Assembly (NCBI GenBank): GCA_013239625.1
Contig: MU054220.1
Coordinates: 7,041,367-7,105,366 of the forward strand
Length of the DNA: 64,000 nt
DNA from: Lama guanicoe
Lineage: Eukaryota
Direction of reading: 5' to 3'
The notes under the pieces are model-generated. The model searched no databases, was not told where the DNA came from, and saw nothing but the letters and a program-made list of their open reading frames with translations. Below, one piece after another: positions 39,126 to 53,099 of the stretch. A program made the translations under genes and the position numbers. Position 1 is the stretch's first letter, and every line of letters starts with the position of its first letter.

Positions 39126-42100
39126 AGAGCTGTCCCACCTGGGCACACGTACCAGGTTCTGAAACCAGGACAGGAGAGGTGCCAGTGTGACAGCTTCTGT
39201 CTGACCAACGCTTGTCATCCCTGTGTGCCTGGTTAGGGCGTTTTCCAGTAGGCGTTTCTTCTCCTCTAACCAGGAAGTTCATCTCTGTCCTTCAGATCAT
39301 ACTTCTGCTTGCCTAGATGGACACTCCTTTTGGACAGAACCCAAGGTTCATGTGCCTTTAAGTCCTTATAGTCCTACATACCCTCTTACTGAAATAATTG
39401 AATGAATGACTGAATTCCTCCAGCTATTTGAAAAACCCGCCCAGGGGCTCTCCCAAACCTTCTGTTTATGCTTAATGATTAGCATTGTTTAGACCTCTGA
39501 ATACATGACAGTATATAATTTTTGTCCATGTTGGCCAGCCTGGACCACAACCAGCATTTCCTTCTGAGGGGCTGATACACAAGCTATGAATGTGATTACG
39601 ATCTACAGATATTCCAAAAACGGGCAGGTTATGTAAAATTGCCTTTCCAAGTAGAGCTTGAGCTGGACAATTAAAGATGGATGGAGTTTAATTAAGCAGA
39701 GGAAAAGATTTTCAGATGGGGGGAGAAAAAGAGAGAAAAATTATAACCGTAGGGATGAAACTTTGCGTCTGAAGGACAATGGGAGCAGTGACGATGCTCA
39801 TCTGATTGTACCTGGGCGGAAAGAAGCAAGGATGAATGAACACAGTGAAGCCAAAGCATGCACAGAATGTTCAGTGTTTTCTCCCCTTTCCCCCTTGCTC
39901 GTCTCCTCATCCCCGCACAGTGCCCTGCACTAAAAGGAGTGAGCCAGGACAATGGCAGGATGAAGCATTGCACACGTGCTTCATGTCAGTATTACAAATG
40001 CTGATACCTTTTATCTGTTCTCACCACTTCTACAATCTGTTTTTCCCACTGAGCAGCCACGGTGGTCTTCCTAGACTATAAATTAGAGCCTGTGTCTCCT
40101 CCGCCTAAAACCTTCTAATCACTTTCCGTTTCACTCAAGGTAGAAGCCAACATCCTCACCACGGCCCTTACAGTGAAGCTCTGGGTTTTATCCTGTAAGC
40201 ACTAGGGAGCCGATGCCAAAGTCTGAACTGAGCAATGTCTAGTAAATCCATGCAGTTAGAACAATGTGCATAATCTCCCCATCACCCTTCCCGTCTTTTG
40301 CTCTGAATTATGTCAAAAGGCGTCAATATACATTGAAAATGCTTCTATTTATTAAGGAGGTAAAGTGAATTTCTCAGCATCCAGGAGTTGGTCCAAGTGC
40401 CTTTTCACAGCTTAGGTGTTTGGGTGCAGAGCAGGGACGTCTACCCTGCACTGCTTGTGCAAATGGAATCAAGGCGGCCACAGTCTGAGCATCATATGCT
40501 GCTCGTTGGCTACCTGGTTACTCTGACTGGGTCCATTAATATAAAGCATAAACAAAGCCCGGATACAGGGGGCTGGCCGTTTTGTTGCAGCATATGGTGG
40601 TGGCATCCCAGGAATTTTCATCTTACTCCCGCCCAGATGTTTAGCTCTCCTGACACTCAGCTTTATCTGGCAGATGAGGTGGTAGAGAATGCCCTTGTGA
40701 TTTGAGGAAAAGGTTGTTTTTTTAGCACCTTGCAAAAATAGGTTGATGATCAATTAATAAGTTTCCAAAAGTGTTTTTAAATATTATAACATTGTCTTAA
40801 ACAAACCAACAAATCTCTGTTTACCATTCTCCCTCTTTCACATTCCTTTCTCAAAATCTGTAAAACTCAAGAAAATTAAAACCTAGGAATCTACAGTATG
40901 CCTAAAAAGGTGCATTTAAATCAAACATGTTAGCCAAATTGTTCAGATAGTTTGCTTTTTTTTTTTCTTTGCTTGTTCAGTGTTGGCCTTCTAGTTCTAT
41001 TACCTTCAGCAATAATTCTGAAGAACAACTTGTGCCCACGGGTGTGGCAGGAAAGATAAGCACAGGTCTGGTGTTCTTTCCCCAGCTGACTAGGTCCTTA
41101 GGGTTGTGTTGAAAATCGGGGGCAACCATTGTTTCTGAGGTCCTCTTGGAGTTTTTGTTTCTGATTCTCAGTCTTTACAAAAGACTGTGTTCAAACTCCT
41201 CTGCTCACCGAGCATTGTGCAGTTGTGTGCTTTGCGCCATTTGGAGCCCTCCAAGGAGATGAAGAGATGCCGTGGCTTCAGCTGTTTTTGCCTCATTGGC
41301 AACGTTAGGAGCTATCAGACTCTATACAGATAGCAGGAGAATAGAGCTCACCCTCCCAGAAGCCCCCGTCAAAGCTCTAGTGGAGCTGAGAAATAAGCCA
41401 TCTCCTATTAGGAAAGAGGACAGTGCTGAGTATGATAATAACATATTGTGTCTGCCTGGAATATTTCATCCCAAGGTTCCCACATGCTTTGCCAACACGC
41501 TGTCTACTAATCCTAAGTGGCAAGTGTTATTACTGATATTTTATAGATGGGGGACCAGGAGAGGACTGGACAACACTGAACACTGGGATCCTGAACAAAC
41601 AAACATAATAGAGTCGATAGATTTGGTGAATTTCCAGCTAAACTGCCAGACAGGTATAAATGAGAAGAGAAGGGGGACAAAAATATTCCAACCACTATTT
41701 TCATTTAGCCGAGCAGTATTGACCTACCCATTAGGGTTTTTAAACTCTAGAGGTATTGAATCACTGTTCATTCAAGTTTTTGAAAGACCTTTATCCTCAA
41801 ATTTTCTGAGTCAATTGTAGTTTTGACAAAGCCAGTCATTCTTTCCTCTTTAAAATACTTTATTTCCCATTTTTCAGGATACCTCACTTTCCTGGTGTTC
41901 TATCTCACTCATTCCTCCCTATCTGCCTCCTCATCTTCCCAACCTCTTTAAAGTCCCTGGACCACTTCTCTTCTTTATATAAATCCTCCATTGGCAACTT
42001 TATAAATCTCATGAACTTACCTATCATGAAACAATGCACGTGATACGAATTTATATGCATGTGTTTGTATATGAGTGACACACACTTGTCTCCCCAGTGC

Positions 42101-45100
42101 AAAGGTCTCCTGTAGGGTATCTGCTGCTGAGAGACAGACCTCTGCCAAGAAGCCTGTTACTACGGATTCATCACCTATCTGACTTTTTTTCCATCTTTCA
42201 GCTTCCTCTAACTCTCCCTCCCCAGCCCACCCAGTTTTGTGGAAAGACAGGAAGCTAAGATTTATAAACCCTGATACTCTGTCACCTGAATGATTGCTAT
42301 AGGCTTGGAACAGTCCCCTTAGCACTTTTATTCTCTTTACAAACAATTCCTTACCCCCATGCCATGTCTGATATCACCAATTTATGGCTTAAAATACTTC
42401 CGTGTTCTCAACTTCTGAAATATGACATCCAAGCAAGGTTGTCCACTTCAGTGTTGTTTACAGTACATAAAATATTTATGTATAATATATATCTCATAGT
42501 TATTATGTAATGGAGAACACTTAGAAGACATGTAATGTCAAAATAGATTATAGCCACAATTCAGCCTTTAAAAAAAATTGTGAAGCAATAGCTTATGCTA
42601 TTTGCATAGTAAGTGGAAAAAGAAGCCACAGAAAAACATGTACTGCATAATCTCATTTTGGTGCCTGGTGTGTGTGAGTGAGTTTGTGTGTTTGGAAGCA
42701 TATGTAAAATGATTTAAATAATTACCTCTGTGTTGTGGATTTTATTTTATTCATTATGTTCCCCTAAATTTTCTGTAAGGAACACTTAATTCTTTATTAC
42801 ATAAAACAAAAGCTATTTATATCTGTTCAAGATGAAAAGTAAATGAGTTTATTGATCCTACATTCAGTGCTAATGTGGGACCATTTATTGTTCTAAGAGA
42901 AGTGTATATCTTGGGAAAATAATAACTCTTTGAAATGCACTCTTATTTATGGTTGCTCACTGTTTGGGGTTGTCAGTCAAGGAATTTTTTGACAAAATGA
43001 GGGGTTCAGACAGAATTTGGGATTAGATTCTCAGAAAACATGGAGACATCCTCACAGTACGTCTGTGTGAAGAAGTCCAATTCATCCTCAGTGTCTTGAG
43101 ATCATGAGAAAAGTTTCAGCACTTGGACAGATCCTGTTATTTTTCTGAAATTCCTACCTATTCTAGAATGACAGAGATTTCAGAAGGAGAGCTCTAGTCT
43201 TGTCACTGTGTTTTTTTAGCACTATGCTAAGAACCAAAGGAAAAGATGAAGCATATAAACTGGCGAGTTTCCTTGAGACATTTACAATTTTGACAAGAAA
43301 GAATTTTTATTGAATCAGGCGCTTAGGTATGTGTTGTTAACAGCATGTGCTTTGAGTAGTCAGCACATGGGGAGAGATTACTGTTAGTCTGAAATAGTCA
43401 GGGGAGATATCAAGGGGATGTTGGAAATTCATCTGTATCTTTAAGGACTGATGTGTCAGTATAAAGGGAGTGTTTTGGGGGCAGAATAAGCCACAAGGAC
43501 ATGCCAAGGAGGCTGAAATTGAACGGCATCTGTGGGTGGATGAGTTAATGGTAGATAACTTGAGTATCAGCATATGGGTAGAGTGAAAATTCTCAGTGTC
43601 AACTGATGTACAAACTCAGAGTGGTCTAATTACTTTCCTAATGTTTTATAGTGAGTTTCTGGTAAAAACCAGTGCTTATACACAGGTTTCCATCTTGTTG
43701 GGGCTGGGATGAGAATTAAGAAGTTGAGGTGAATCTTTCCTTCAAAGATCCTGGCCATACTTCCTTGGGTCTAGCCTACAGGGGTCAGATGTGACTGTTC
43801 TTCAGTATTTTGAGTTATCATAACATAGTGAGGATGAGCTCAGCCCTCTGGAATAGCAACGTCTTAAATTGCAAGCCTATCTCTACAACTATTCAGTTGT
43901 GAAACTTTGCAAAATAAGCATCACATGCCAAGAATTCAGTTTCCCCTAGTTGAGAATTCCTGACTGTTGTTCATTTAAGGGAGCATTACATACTGATGAG
44001 AAAGAGAGAAATTTGTGGCAATGGGAGATAAGAACAGCAGGAATTGGGATTCCAATTCAAAAAATACCCCTGAAGAAAGGCAGGAAATAATTCCTGTGTT
44101 GACCAGCCAGTTATAGTGAGAGGCTCCCTTCTGCCATTTCCAGAGGACTAACTACAAGGCTCCCTGGTCCTTCAGGAGGACAATGGCACCCATGCAAGAG
44201 GAGTACAGATGGGTTCATCTGACAACGTAAATCTCAGCCTTCTCATTACCCATTGTGCCCATGTAGCATCCAGTGTTGCCTGAAAGCTTGTAGATTATTG
44301 TAAGTGACTCTTTCCCTGTGCTCCAAACTGTACTGCTTTTCCGTCAGAAAACTTTTTTCTAGGACATTGATAATCCTTCCTCAACCTTCTCCCCTAGAGC
44401 CTCCCTATCCGTACACTTTCTTTCCTTCTGAGATTTCTTATCAGTGCCCCCCTATGGCGCAGTGATTTTTGTGTAAGCCTCTCTGATGTGAAAACTGAGA
44501 AAAATCTTTTTGGAATCTTTTTGAAGCTTTGATTGATGTAAAGCACAATAAAAGCACAGCTGGAATTGGAGATACCAAGTTCTGCTTTTTGGCTCAGCAT
44601 CGAAGAGAAGGGGGAATAGCAAGCTTTGTTTGGTCTTGAATGTAAAAGCAGAGCCATGATGAAGCAGGGTGCCATTTATAAAAATACTTTGGAGCAATAA
44701 CTGTGCTTTGAAACTAATGAGAATAATGTTTAGATTAATAGCTTAGGTCATATTTCATGTATTATATTAAACACTGGAGAAAAAGAGCAAAAGGAGAAAG
44801 TGCATACCCTTCAAAAATCTACACACATCAGTAATCAAAGGACCCATTTTAATGTTCTTGCAAAAATGCCACAAATGCTAGCTGAAGCCTCCTGCAATGC
44901 ATCACATTTCTTCTACAAACTTTTTGCCATGATCTTTGAAAATCTGGGCCAAATTACTTTTTCTAAATATCAGTTTAGTTGAGATTCTTAAACCTTTATA
45001 AATGGAAAGGGTCATAGAGCACTTTGAGATCTAAAGAAAATTATGTATCTCTTAATCTTTAAAAATTTACATACCTTTAGACACACACACACACAAAATC

Positions 45101-46999
45101 TATATCTATACATTTTGAATCTGATACGTAAAGATTCACAGATCCATGGTGAATTGCTAGCTCAGTGAATGCTAGACTAAGAGTTCTTATTTTAAAGCAA
45201 GTCAATGCCAAAGCAATTCAAATGTGAACAAAAATAAGCATGCCTACCTCTTAGGAAGGTGTAAATATTACATAAGTAAAAATGGTGTAAGAGGTCACCA
45301 CAGCTAAATAAATATCAGTGGGCACTGTTTTGTTATTGTTTTTATTGTCTCTACTTTCTTAATACCAATTTCAAGAATTGGAAAAGCAGAATTTTGAAGA
45401 ACAAAACATCTTCAGTTTCATGAAATAAAACCACCTAACTTTTTTTCAATTATATAGGACCCTTTTTAATAGTTATTTGCATGTTTTATTTTATTTGAAA
45501 TAAGTAATTCATAAAATTATATTCCAAATGCTTTTTTAAATGTGGTTTTAAAAAGTATCAACTTTTCAGATGTCAAACAACTTTACAACTTTTACAGATA
45601 TGTTGAATGAAAAGATTAGGCTTTTTCTTAGCATGCTTTTCATTATTGACAAAAAAAGTCTTTAATATAAATAAAAGAAACAAAGAAATGTCATTCAGTC
45701 CATAGTCATGGTGTGTAGGTAATACAGACAGTTAATAAAATAGTTATAGTTATCCAAGCAATTCGGAAAAAGCAAGCTTTTGAGATCTACAGCTCGAATT
45801 TGTTTTATGGTTCTTATTGCTGAAGTTCCCTATTATTCTTAGTAAATGGTCATCTTCAATAATAGCAGGATTGATAAAGCCCCACTCTGCTCAACCTCAG
45901 AAATGGGGATATCTTCAGCTGGTGGGCATTCTATGTTTTTTGATTCTATGCCAGCATGTGGTTTAGGGATTTTTTTAAATATCTGGATGGGTGTTGGAAT
46001 TACAGGGCTACCCACATTGAGATGATGCCTTATGCTGGCTTTCATCTCCTGGAATTTTTTAAATCCATCTCACTTACATACGTCTCTATGATTTTACAAA
46101 ACAATTTATGAGTTGTGGTTAGACCAAGGTTATCTTGGTCTATGACTCAGTTCATATTCAGGCTCACAGATCCACAACCTGATTGTCAGCACTATACATC
46201 ACTACTGAGAGTTGGAAAACTATGATCAAAACCCCTTGAGTCTCTGCACATGGTACTTTGGGAGTCAGAGCCTTCTGGAGTACCTCATTTCCTTCTCCTT
46301 TCTTCCACTGTTGACCTTCTCATCATCCTACTAGAAATTGTGTAGGAAAGTCCTAGGACAAAAATAAAGTATGGAATGCTAAGGGGCTTCAGCATTGTCA
46401 CTGTCTTGCTCTGGAGTCCACCAGGGCCTACTCCCAGACCCCTTTGCTTCACAACGGCACCACTCTTCACAATTTCTTCATCTTCTATAATGTAACAAAA
46501 CTTTCTGGACTCTTTTATGGCAGTTTGGTTTCTAAAAGATTTTTGTGGGTGTCATTCTTGATGAATAAATTATATCAGTTTGAACCATATTACTGTCTTA
46601 GGTATCGCTTTTGCAATGACACACTCTTCCTGCCATGACACTTCTGACGTAAGCCTCCTAGAGCACCGTTCCCTGTGCTGCTGTGATGACAGAGCCTGTC
46701 AGAGGGTTGGAGGGTGGGGACTGCTTGGTCTCGCCTTTACTCTCCATCATCTAGAGGAGCCAACCTGAGATGAGGTGGTGACTGGGCCAGCGATGCTGAT
46801 GGTGTATTTTCTCTGGCTTCTCAGAACCTTCTCTTGACTGAACAAAGTCACTCATTATAAGCAGGTAGAAGAAAAAGTCAAGAGAAATGAGGTTGCCAAG
46901 AACCACAGAATGGGACAGCAGAAAGGTACTCTGAACAATCATTCCATCCGAATCTCCTTCCAGCCATTCTTGCTCAAGAACACGTTGCTGCAGACCTAA

Positions 47000-47350
47000 A
47001 TGAGTTGGGGAAGGTAGGCCTCCTTGAGAGGTTAACATTTAAGCAAAGACTTCACTGGAGAGAGGGAGATGGCCATATGGATGTCTAGGGACAGGGCGTT
47101 CCAAGTGGAGCAACCACTCACTGCAAATTTCTGCAAGGTGTAAAAACAGATGGCAGCATGACGGGGGAAAAAAAGTGACTGAATCAAAATGAGGGAAGGG
47201 AGGTTCGTAGGAAATGAGGTCACCAAAGTAACTGTGACTCAAATGGCAGAAAATGCGCCTGACTTTTGCTTGTTATCACCAGCGTTAAGCACGGGACCCG
47301 GCATGGAGTTAATGCGCAGCACATGCTAAGAGAATGGCCAAGTAAACAAA
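47000..47350 (-). mobile_element. L2 relics
   Basis: gggaaggtaggcctccttgagaggttaacatttaagcaaagacttcactggagagagggagatggccatatggatgtctagggacagggcgttccaag. Confidence 0.75.
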
Positions 47351-48279
47351 TAGAAGTATGAGTAGGATCTCATAGGATTCCCTACCATTTCAATGGGAAG
47401 AGCAGGTGGGCTGAGATGACACCTGCCACCCAAGAGAGCTAAATGTCTGTACATATGCTAACATGGTAATGGATTGGAGAGAGATCAGATAATGATCTGT
47501 GTATAATGGTCTAGTGTTGTGCATCATGAGACAAAATAATTAGTGTCACTGCATCTGATTTGGCTATTTCATGCTTAATTTCATTGTCCTCTCCACTTTT
47601 CTTACTTGTCCCTCCTTTTACTGTCCTCTTCCCTTCAACTTCCATTTCTCCTCCATTCTAACTTCTCACCCAGAGGTAGTCTGGGCTTGTGGAACTGACA
47701 ATGGATAGCAGTGGTTCACTCAGGTTTGGGATTTTTGGATGACAGCATCAAGGTAGGAAGGCCTACATGGTATACCCTTAAACCTGTGAGCAAGTGCACA
47801 AGCAAAATGTCCTTGTCATCCAAAAATATCCCATCCCTTTCTACTTGTCTCAGTGTGCCCTTGAAGGAATGTGGAAATCCCCCTGGGGGCTGAACACAAA
47901 TAGAGGATGATCCTTTTGTGGGTTAATTTATCTGCCATCAATTTCATGAAGCAATGTCTAGTCTGGATGTGACATGAAAAAGGATGAGAACTAGTTGAGT
48001 TTTACGAGATCTCTCAGGATCTTAAATACTAATATGATTTAACACCTCCACCCCATCAGATTTTTTGTGTGTGCATAGGTGGGACTTCTTTATTTCTCCT
48101 CTGAATGTAAGGTTTAGAATGACCTTGGAAGGAGCTGAAGGTTTTGCACACCTTGGCAAGTATTAAGTTGATAACATTTGGATTGTCAGTGCTGTAATCC
48201 CTCCCTCCCCACTTCCACCTGCAAGAAGAAGCAAAGACCAAAATCTACCCGGAACATCTGTTTTCTAAGATGACTTTTT

Positions 48280-48780
48280 GGCATTTGTTATTATTAGATT
48301 AATGCTTGCTCATTGAAAAAAAATGTACACTATACAAAAGAATAAAATAAAATGTAAAAGTCCCAAAACCAAGCTCCCCCCATTCCTCAGAGGTTGTCAG
48401 TGTTAACAGTTTAAAGTAAATTCTCTAAAAATGTTTCTATGTTTAATCAAATATAGTATATTTCTAATTTTTAGATAATGCATTCGAACCATGCAGACTG
48501 GGCAGCCTTTATTTGCTTGACATCATTTCATGTTATTGCATATAGATCTTCCTCATTCTTTTTAAAGATTAAATGGTATTGCTCGGGTTGGATTGCTTTA
48601 AGGTATCTAGCTAGTCCTTTTTTTATGTTCTTTCCACTTTATCATTATTGCAAATGATGCAAGAAATTCCTGTGCAAACATATTTGTACACTGAAATCTA
48701 TTTGATGATGACTGAAATCTATTGAAATTCCTTTAAAAGCACTTCATATTATTTCTTTAAAAATGAACTGTACTGAAGGA
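48280..48780 (-). mobile_element. Ancient L1ME-type 3' relic
   Basis: ctcagaggttgtcagtgttaacagttt...catatagatcttcctcattctttttaa...tattgcaaatgatgc. Confidence 0.6.
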
Positions 48781-49242
48781 GTATATAAGAAAGGACCTGT
48801 GAAACATCCCTTATTTCATGCAACCCTATAATATAGTTACTAACTAGAAGGTGGATCATGCTTAATTATTTTTTTCTTCTTAGAGAAAAGGAAAATTACA
48901 GTGAGCTAAAAGGATTTAAGATGCTTTTATATGCAGGAAAGATACGAAAATATGACTCCTCTTCATTTTGAAGTTCCACGTAGAGCCCTCCCTTCATCAG
49001 AAGATCCTTGTTAATTCATGCTTCACTCAAGTACCAGTCTTGAAAGAAACAGTGAAATGCATTTTCTGGGTTTCTCAGAACAGGTGTGCCAGATTTTGTG
49101 AAGGCCACTTAAATTTCACAGACCCATGCCAAGATAATTAAAGTGACTTCCACTGCTCTGTATGGCAATGAAGTATTTCACTTTGCCTGGCTTGTAAGGC
49201 CCTCCATAATCTGATGTTACTTTTCCCCTAGTCAGTTTTATC

Positions 49243-49888
49243 CAGATTTTTGCTGGTAAATATTTAACAACAGGCTCATCTCCCATTAAAAGAAAAAATA
49301 TATATTATACTTGTATATATAATAAAGTATACATAATATAAATGTACACATGCATAAGTTTGTTATAAATCTGACTGATGTAACACATATGGAGTTTATC
49401 ATTATTAATGAAATATGCAACCCAATTTATTCCAAGTAGCTAATTGATTCTCGTACAATGCCCTCACTGATCTTAGCTGAACTGTTGTATTCATAGACAA
49501 TCTGTTTGCAATGCACATGAGTGTAGTTCCAACATAAATGTTGGTTAATATTTCAGCAGTGCTAACAAATGACAAAAATGAAATGATGAAACAAGGTTAC
49601 CAAAGTGATGTCACTGAACACAGAGCTGGGAAGAGTTGTGCAGGACACACCACTGTATAGTATTTCATGCAGTACAGTAGACCTAGATAATAATACAAAG
49701 TGTGAAAGTCACTGGGAAGCGATGGGTTTTGAGTATCTATTTCCTTTGTTCTTACTATAATTTACTTAATTGTAAGTTTATATAATTTAATTTTTAATGA
49801 CAGCAGTCAATAACTGACTCATAAAATTCTTAAAAGTTTGTTCATAGAAACTTGTGAGTCTGTGTAAGTGGCTCTACGTCACTACCAG
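49243..49888. mobile_element. MER63-family hAT-Blackjack DNA transposon
   Basis: Termini cagatttttgctggtaaatatttaacaacaggctc and ggctctacgtcactaccag resemble the MER63 TIRs (cagtggtgtgctgg...ccagcacaccactg). Confidence 0.75.
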
Positions 49889-52114
49889 TTTGTATCTCAT
49901 AATTTCCAAGGAGTAAAATCGACTACATTGAGAACTGTCCCTTAATGCCCCCCAAGACTGACAGATAAAAGGAATTTTAGGTTCCAGGCATGGAAACACT
50001 GGATGGAGTCTGAATTTTGGGAAAAATGAATCTAATCAACCCAAACTTTTTTTTAAAGCACAAGAAGATGATGACCTATTTTGCATAGATCTTGAGATTC
50101 TAGCAAGATCTTCTTATGCAAATGATTATTTGATGGACTAGCCAAATTGAAAGCACTAGTAAAGGAAGACGTATTCCATGGAAAGACGCGCTGTAGCCTC
50201 TGACAAGAAACCAACTGAACAATTTGACAATGTGTTCAGACAAAATATGGTCCTTTGAGCTTCAAGTTATTTCAGAAATTTACATTTTTGTCCCAGGCTG
50301 AGGGAAATGTGAAATAATAAACTCCTCCTTCCAAGAAATAAATATTCAGATAATGAGATCAAGTAGGGGCATCTCCTGTTATCATCTTGTTGTAAATCCA
50401 GTCACATTTTACCAATATATCTTTGCTTGTTAAACTCTGCTTTTGTCTTTTCAGTCATTTGAGGGGCAGGGAGCACCCTTTCTCCTTTGTGCCCTTGGAA
50501 CATTTCATTTCTTCTTGTGATGATGGTTATTATATGTAATTTTAACTTATTTTACTTATTCACCATTTCACCTCTAATAAATGCTGTACTTTTTTTAAAC
50601 TAGAACTCCATGAACCAAATATATACAGATATACATACACACACATACATGCACACATATATATGCCCCTCAAGGTTGATGGGCAAAAAATAATTTTAGG
50701 TTTCAGTCACACAAGTATTGGATGGAATTTACACTTCTGGTAAAGTGAATCTGATGGCCTGAACTTTTTTCAAGTATGTGATGTAGATGCATAAATCTTG
50801 AGATCCCAGAAAGATTCTCCTATTTAAATGAAAAGTTTGAAAATCCAATTGAAATCAAATAATCAAATCAACATCAGCTGGGCAGAATCTGTTTTAGAGA
50901 CTAAGGAGGGTGTCCAGTACAGAGAAGGGGCGATCGCAGAACCCGTGGGCTTGCCTTGGTGTGACGTGGTCTCACCTCGACAAGGAGGATGACTTTGCAG
51001 ATTCCCCACAGCATTTTGCCTTTTATGTTTTCATTTAATGGTGTGACATCCTATGACAATTATCATTATTTTTGGTCCAATTTTCCCTCTGAAGCAGCTT
51101 TGACACAGATCAATGCATCTAGTGTCGTTTTTAATGGAGCTGCAACATCAGAAAATGACAGCTGGAAATCTTAATTGGTCCAGTGACAGAAAATATAATG
51201 ACTGCTCACAGTGACTTATTTTATCTGACCTTGTGCTTAATTCAAAGGTAAATTTTCATCTCACTCTTGGAAAAGAGAAAGTTATAGGGTGATGAGTAGG
51301 GCAGATGCGACAGAGAAAGACCCTCCTTTGGAAAAGAAATTGCTACTGGTTTGGGAGCTGTTATTAAATTAGGATTTAAGTGCTGGTCTCGAATAATGGA
51401 TACCAGGGTCTCCATGTCTATTTGAACTGCCAGCCTTTCTGCTGTGCCTGTCATTACAAATGGCAGCAGACACCGGATACTGCATGGAAGGTTGCCCACA
51501 AGTGACTAGCTGGAGGCCCTCTCACAGAGGCCACCAGACAGCTGTCAGGCAGACTGGCATTTGATCATTACTGACTTGGTCTGGAGCCCAGTGACTTTGA
51601 CCCAGAGGCAAAAGGTTTCCCATAATACGACCCAAATTGCTCAGTCCTCCTGGTCCTAGAGAGAAAGCTGTTTCTAGAATAAGGACATCAAATTGGTCGT
51701 ACTGAGTCCAGCTATTAAAGCAAGATTTCAGGTGTCCTATTGGCAGTTGAAAACTGGTATGCAAAGAAAGTATTAAATCTCCAACATCTTTAGTTCACCT
51801 TGGGCAAAGATGTAGTATAGAGAAGGAGGTGGCATGATACAGTGAAGAAATGCTGGACATAGTTTGAGAGAACATCTCTGAGCTTTATTTCTAAGGTTTG
51901 CCTAATTCACTGGGTAATCATAAGAACTGAAGAATAAGTCTCTATTTTAGAATTTTGACTGGTGATGCTGATGATGAAGACGAAGATGATGACGATGGTA
52001 ATGATGGGTAGTGTTAGTTGTGATGAATCGGGTATTTTTACTTCTACAGGAATAATATTAATATTGTCTAACCATATAAAATGATATCAAGGGCGCCAAT
52101 GGTAATGGCTGTAA

Positions 52115-52360
52115 CACAAGGTAGTTAAAGGCATAGACTTTAAAATAAACAAAGCACTTTAAAGCAATAAATTACTTTAAACCAATAAAGGAAAGACCTG
52201 GCTTGGAATTCTGGCTCCAACATTCATGAGCTGGCAAGTCACAGTTTCATCTGTAAAGGAACTACTACATAGGGTTGTTCAAAGAATTAAGTGAAATAAG
52301 GCATGAGAAGCAGTTAGTAGGTGTCCCAAAACATAATGAGTGCTCAGCATATTTCAGTTT
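52115..52360 (+). mobile_element. MIR SINE
   Basis: agacctggcttggaattctggctcca...cagtttcatctgtaaagga...catagggttgttcaaagaattaagtgaaataaggcatgag. Confidence 0.8.
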
Positions 52361-52474
52361 GTCCATGTTCCTTTCAATTCAGTAAGGGCTGAAATGATAT
52401 GTTCCTCATAACTCATTCACCAGATTGAGAATAAGAATGGTTCACTCAGCATGTTTCTTCTCCAGATACATCTT

Positions 52475-53054
52475 TGTGTTAGTCTAGGTTTCCCAAGAAG
52501 CAGACACCAAGACCAGATTTTCTAAAAATTAAGAGTTTTGGAAGAAAATGAAGATGGAATTGAGAGGAAGGCTGGGGGGGCCATCAGATCAGGATGAACT
52601 TTTTAAAACATATTTTTATTGAAGTATAGTTGACTTACAATATTATGTTAGTTTCTGGTGTACAACAAAGTAATTTGGTTATACATATATGTGTATATGT
52701 ATATACTTTTTCATTATGGTTTATTATAGGATATTGAATATAGTTCCCTGTGTTACATAGTAAGACCTTGTTGTTTATTTTATAGGTAGTAGTTTGTATC
52801 TGCCAATCTCAAACTCCTAGTTTTTCCTGCCCTCAATCCCTTTACCCCTTTGGTAACTGTAAGTTCATTTTCTGTGCCTGTGAGTCTGTTTCTCTTTTGT
52901 AAATAAGCTCATTTGTTTCATATTTTATATTCCACACATAAGTGATGTATGATACTCACCTTTCTTTGTCTGACTTACTCCACTTAGTGTGATAATCACT
53001 AGGTCCACCCATGTTGCTGCAAGTGGCATTATTTCTTCTTTGGAGTAGTGTTCC

Positions 53055-53099
<45 letters not shown>

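Noticed and set aside
38692..39236. 135-166 aa overlapping ORFs
   Set aside because: They lie within an L2 relic.
41272..41820. Longest ORF (182 aa)
   Set aside because: GTG start, runs through a MIR relic (~41490-41570) and has no recognisable domain; likely chance.
44441..44462. CTCF-like CAGTGCCCCCCTATGGCGC
   Set aside because: The core is one base out of register with the CTCF consensus; not supportable alone.
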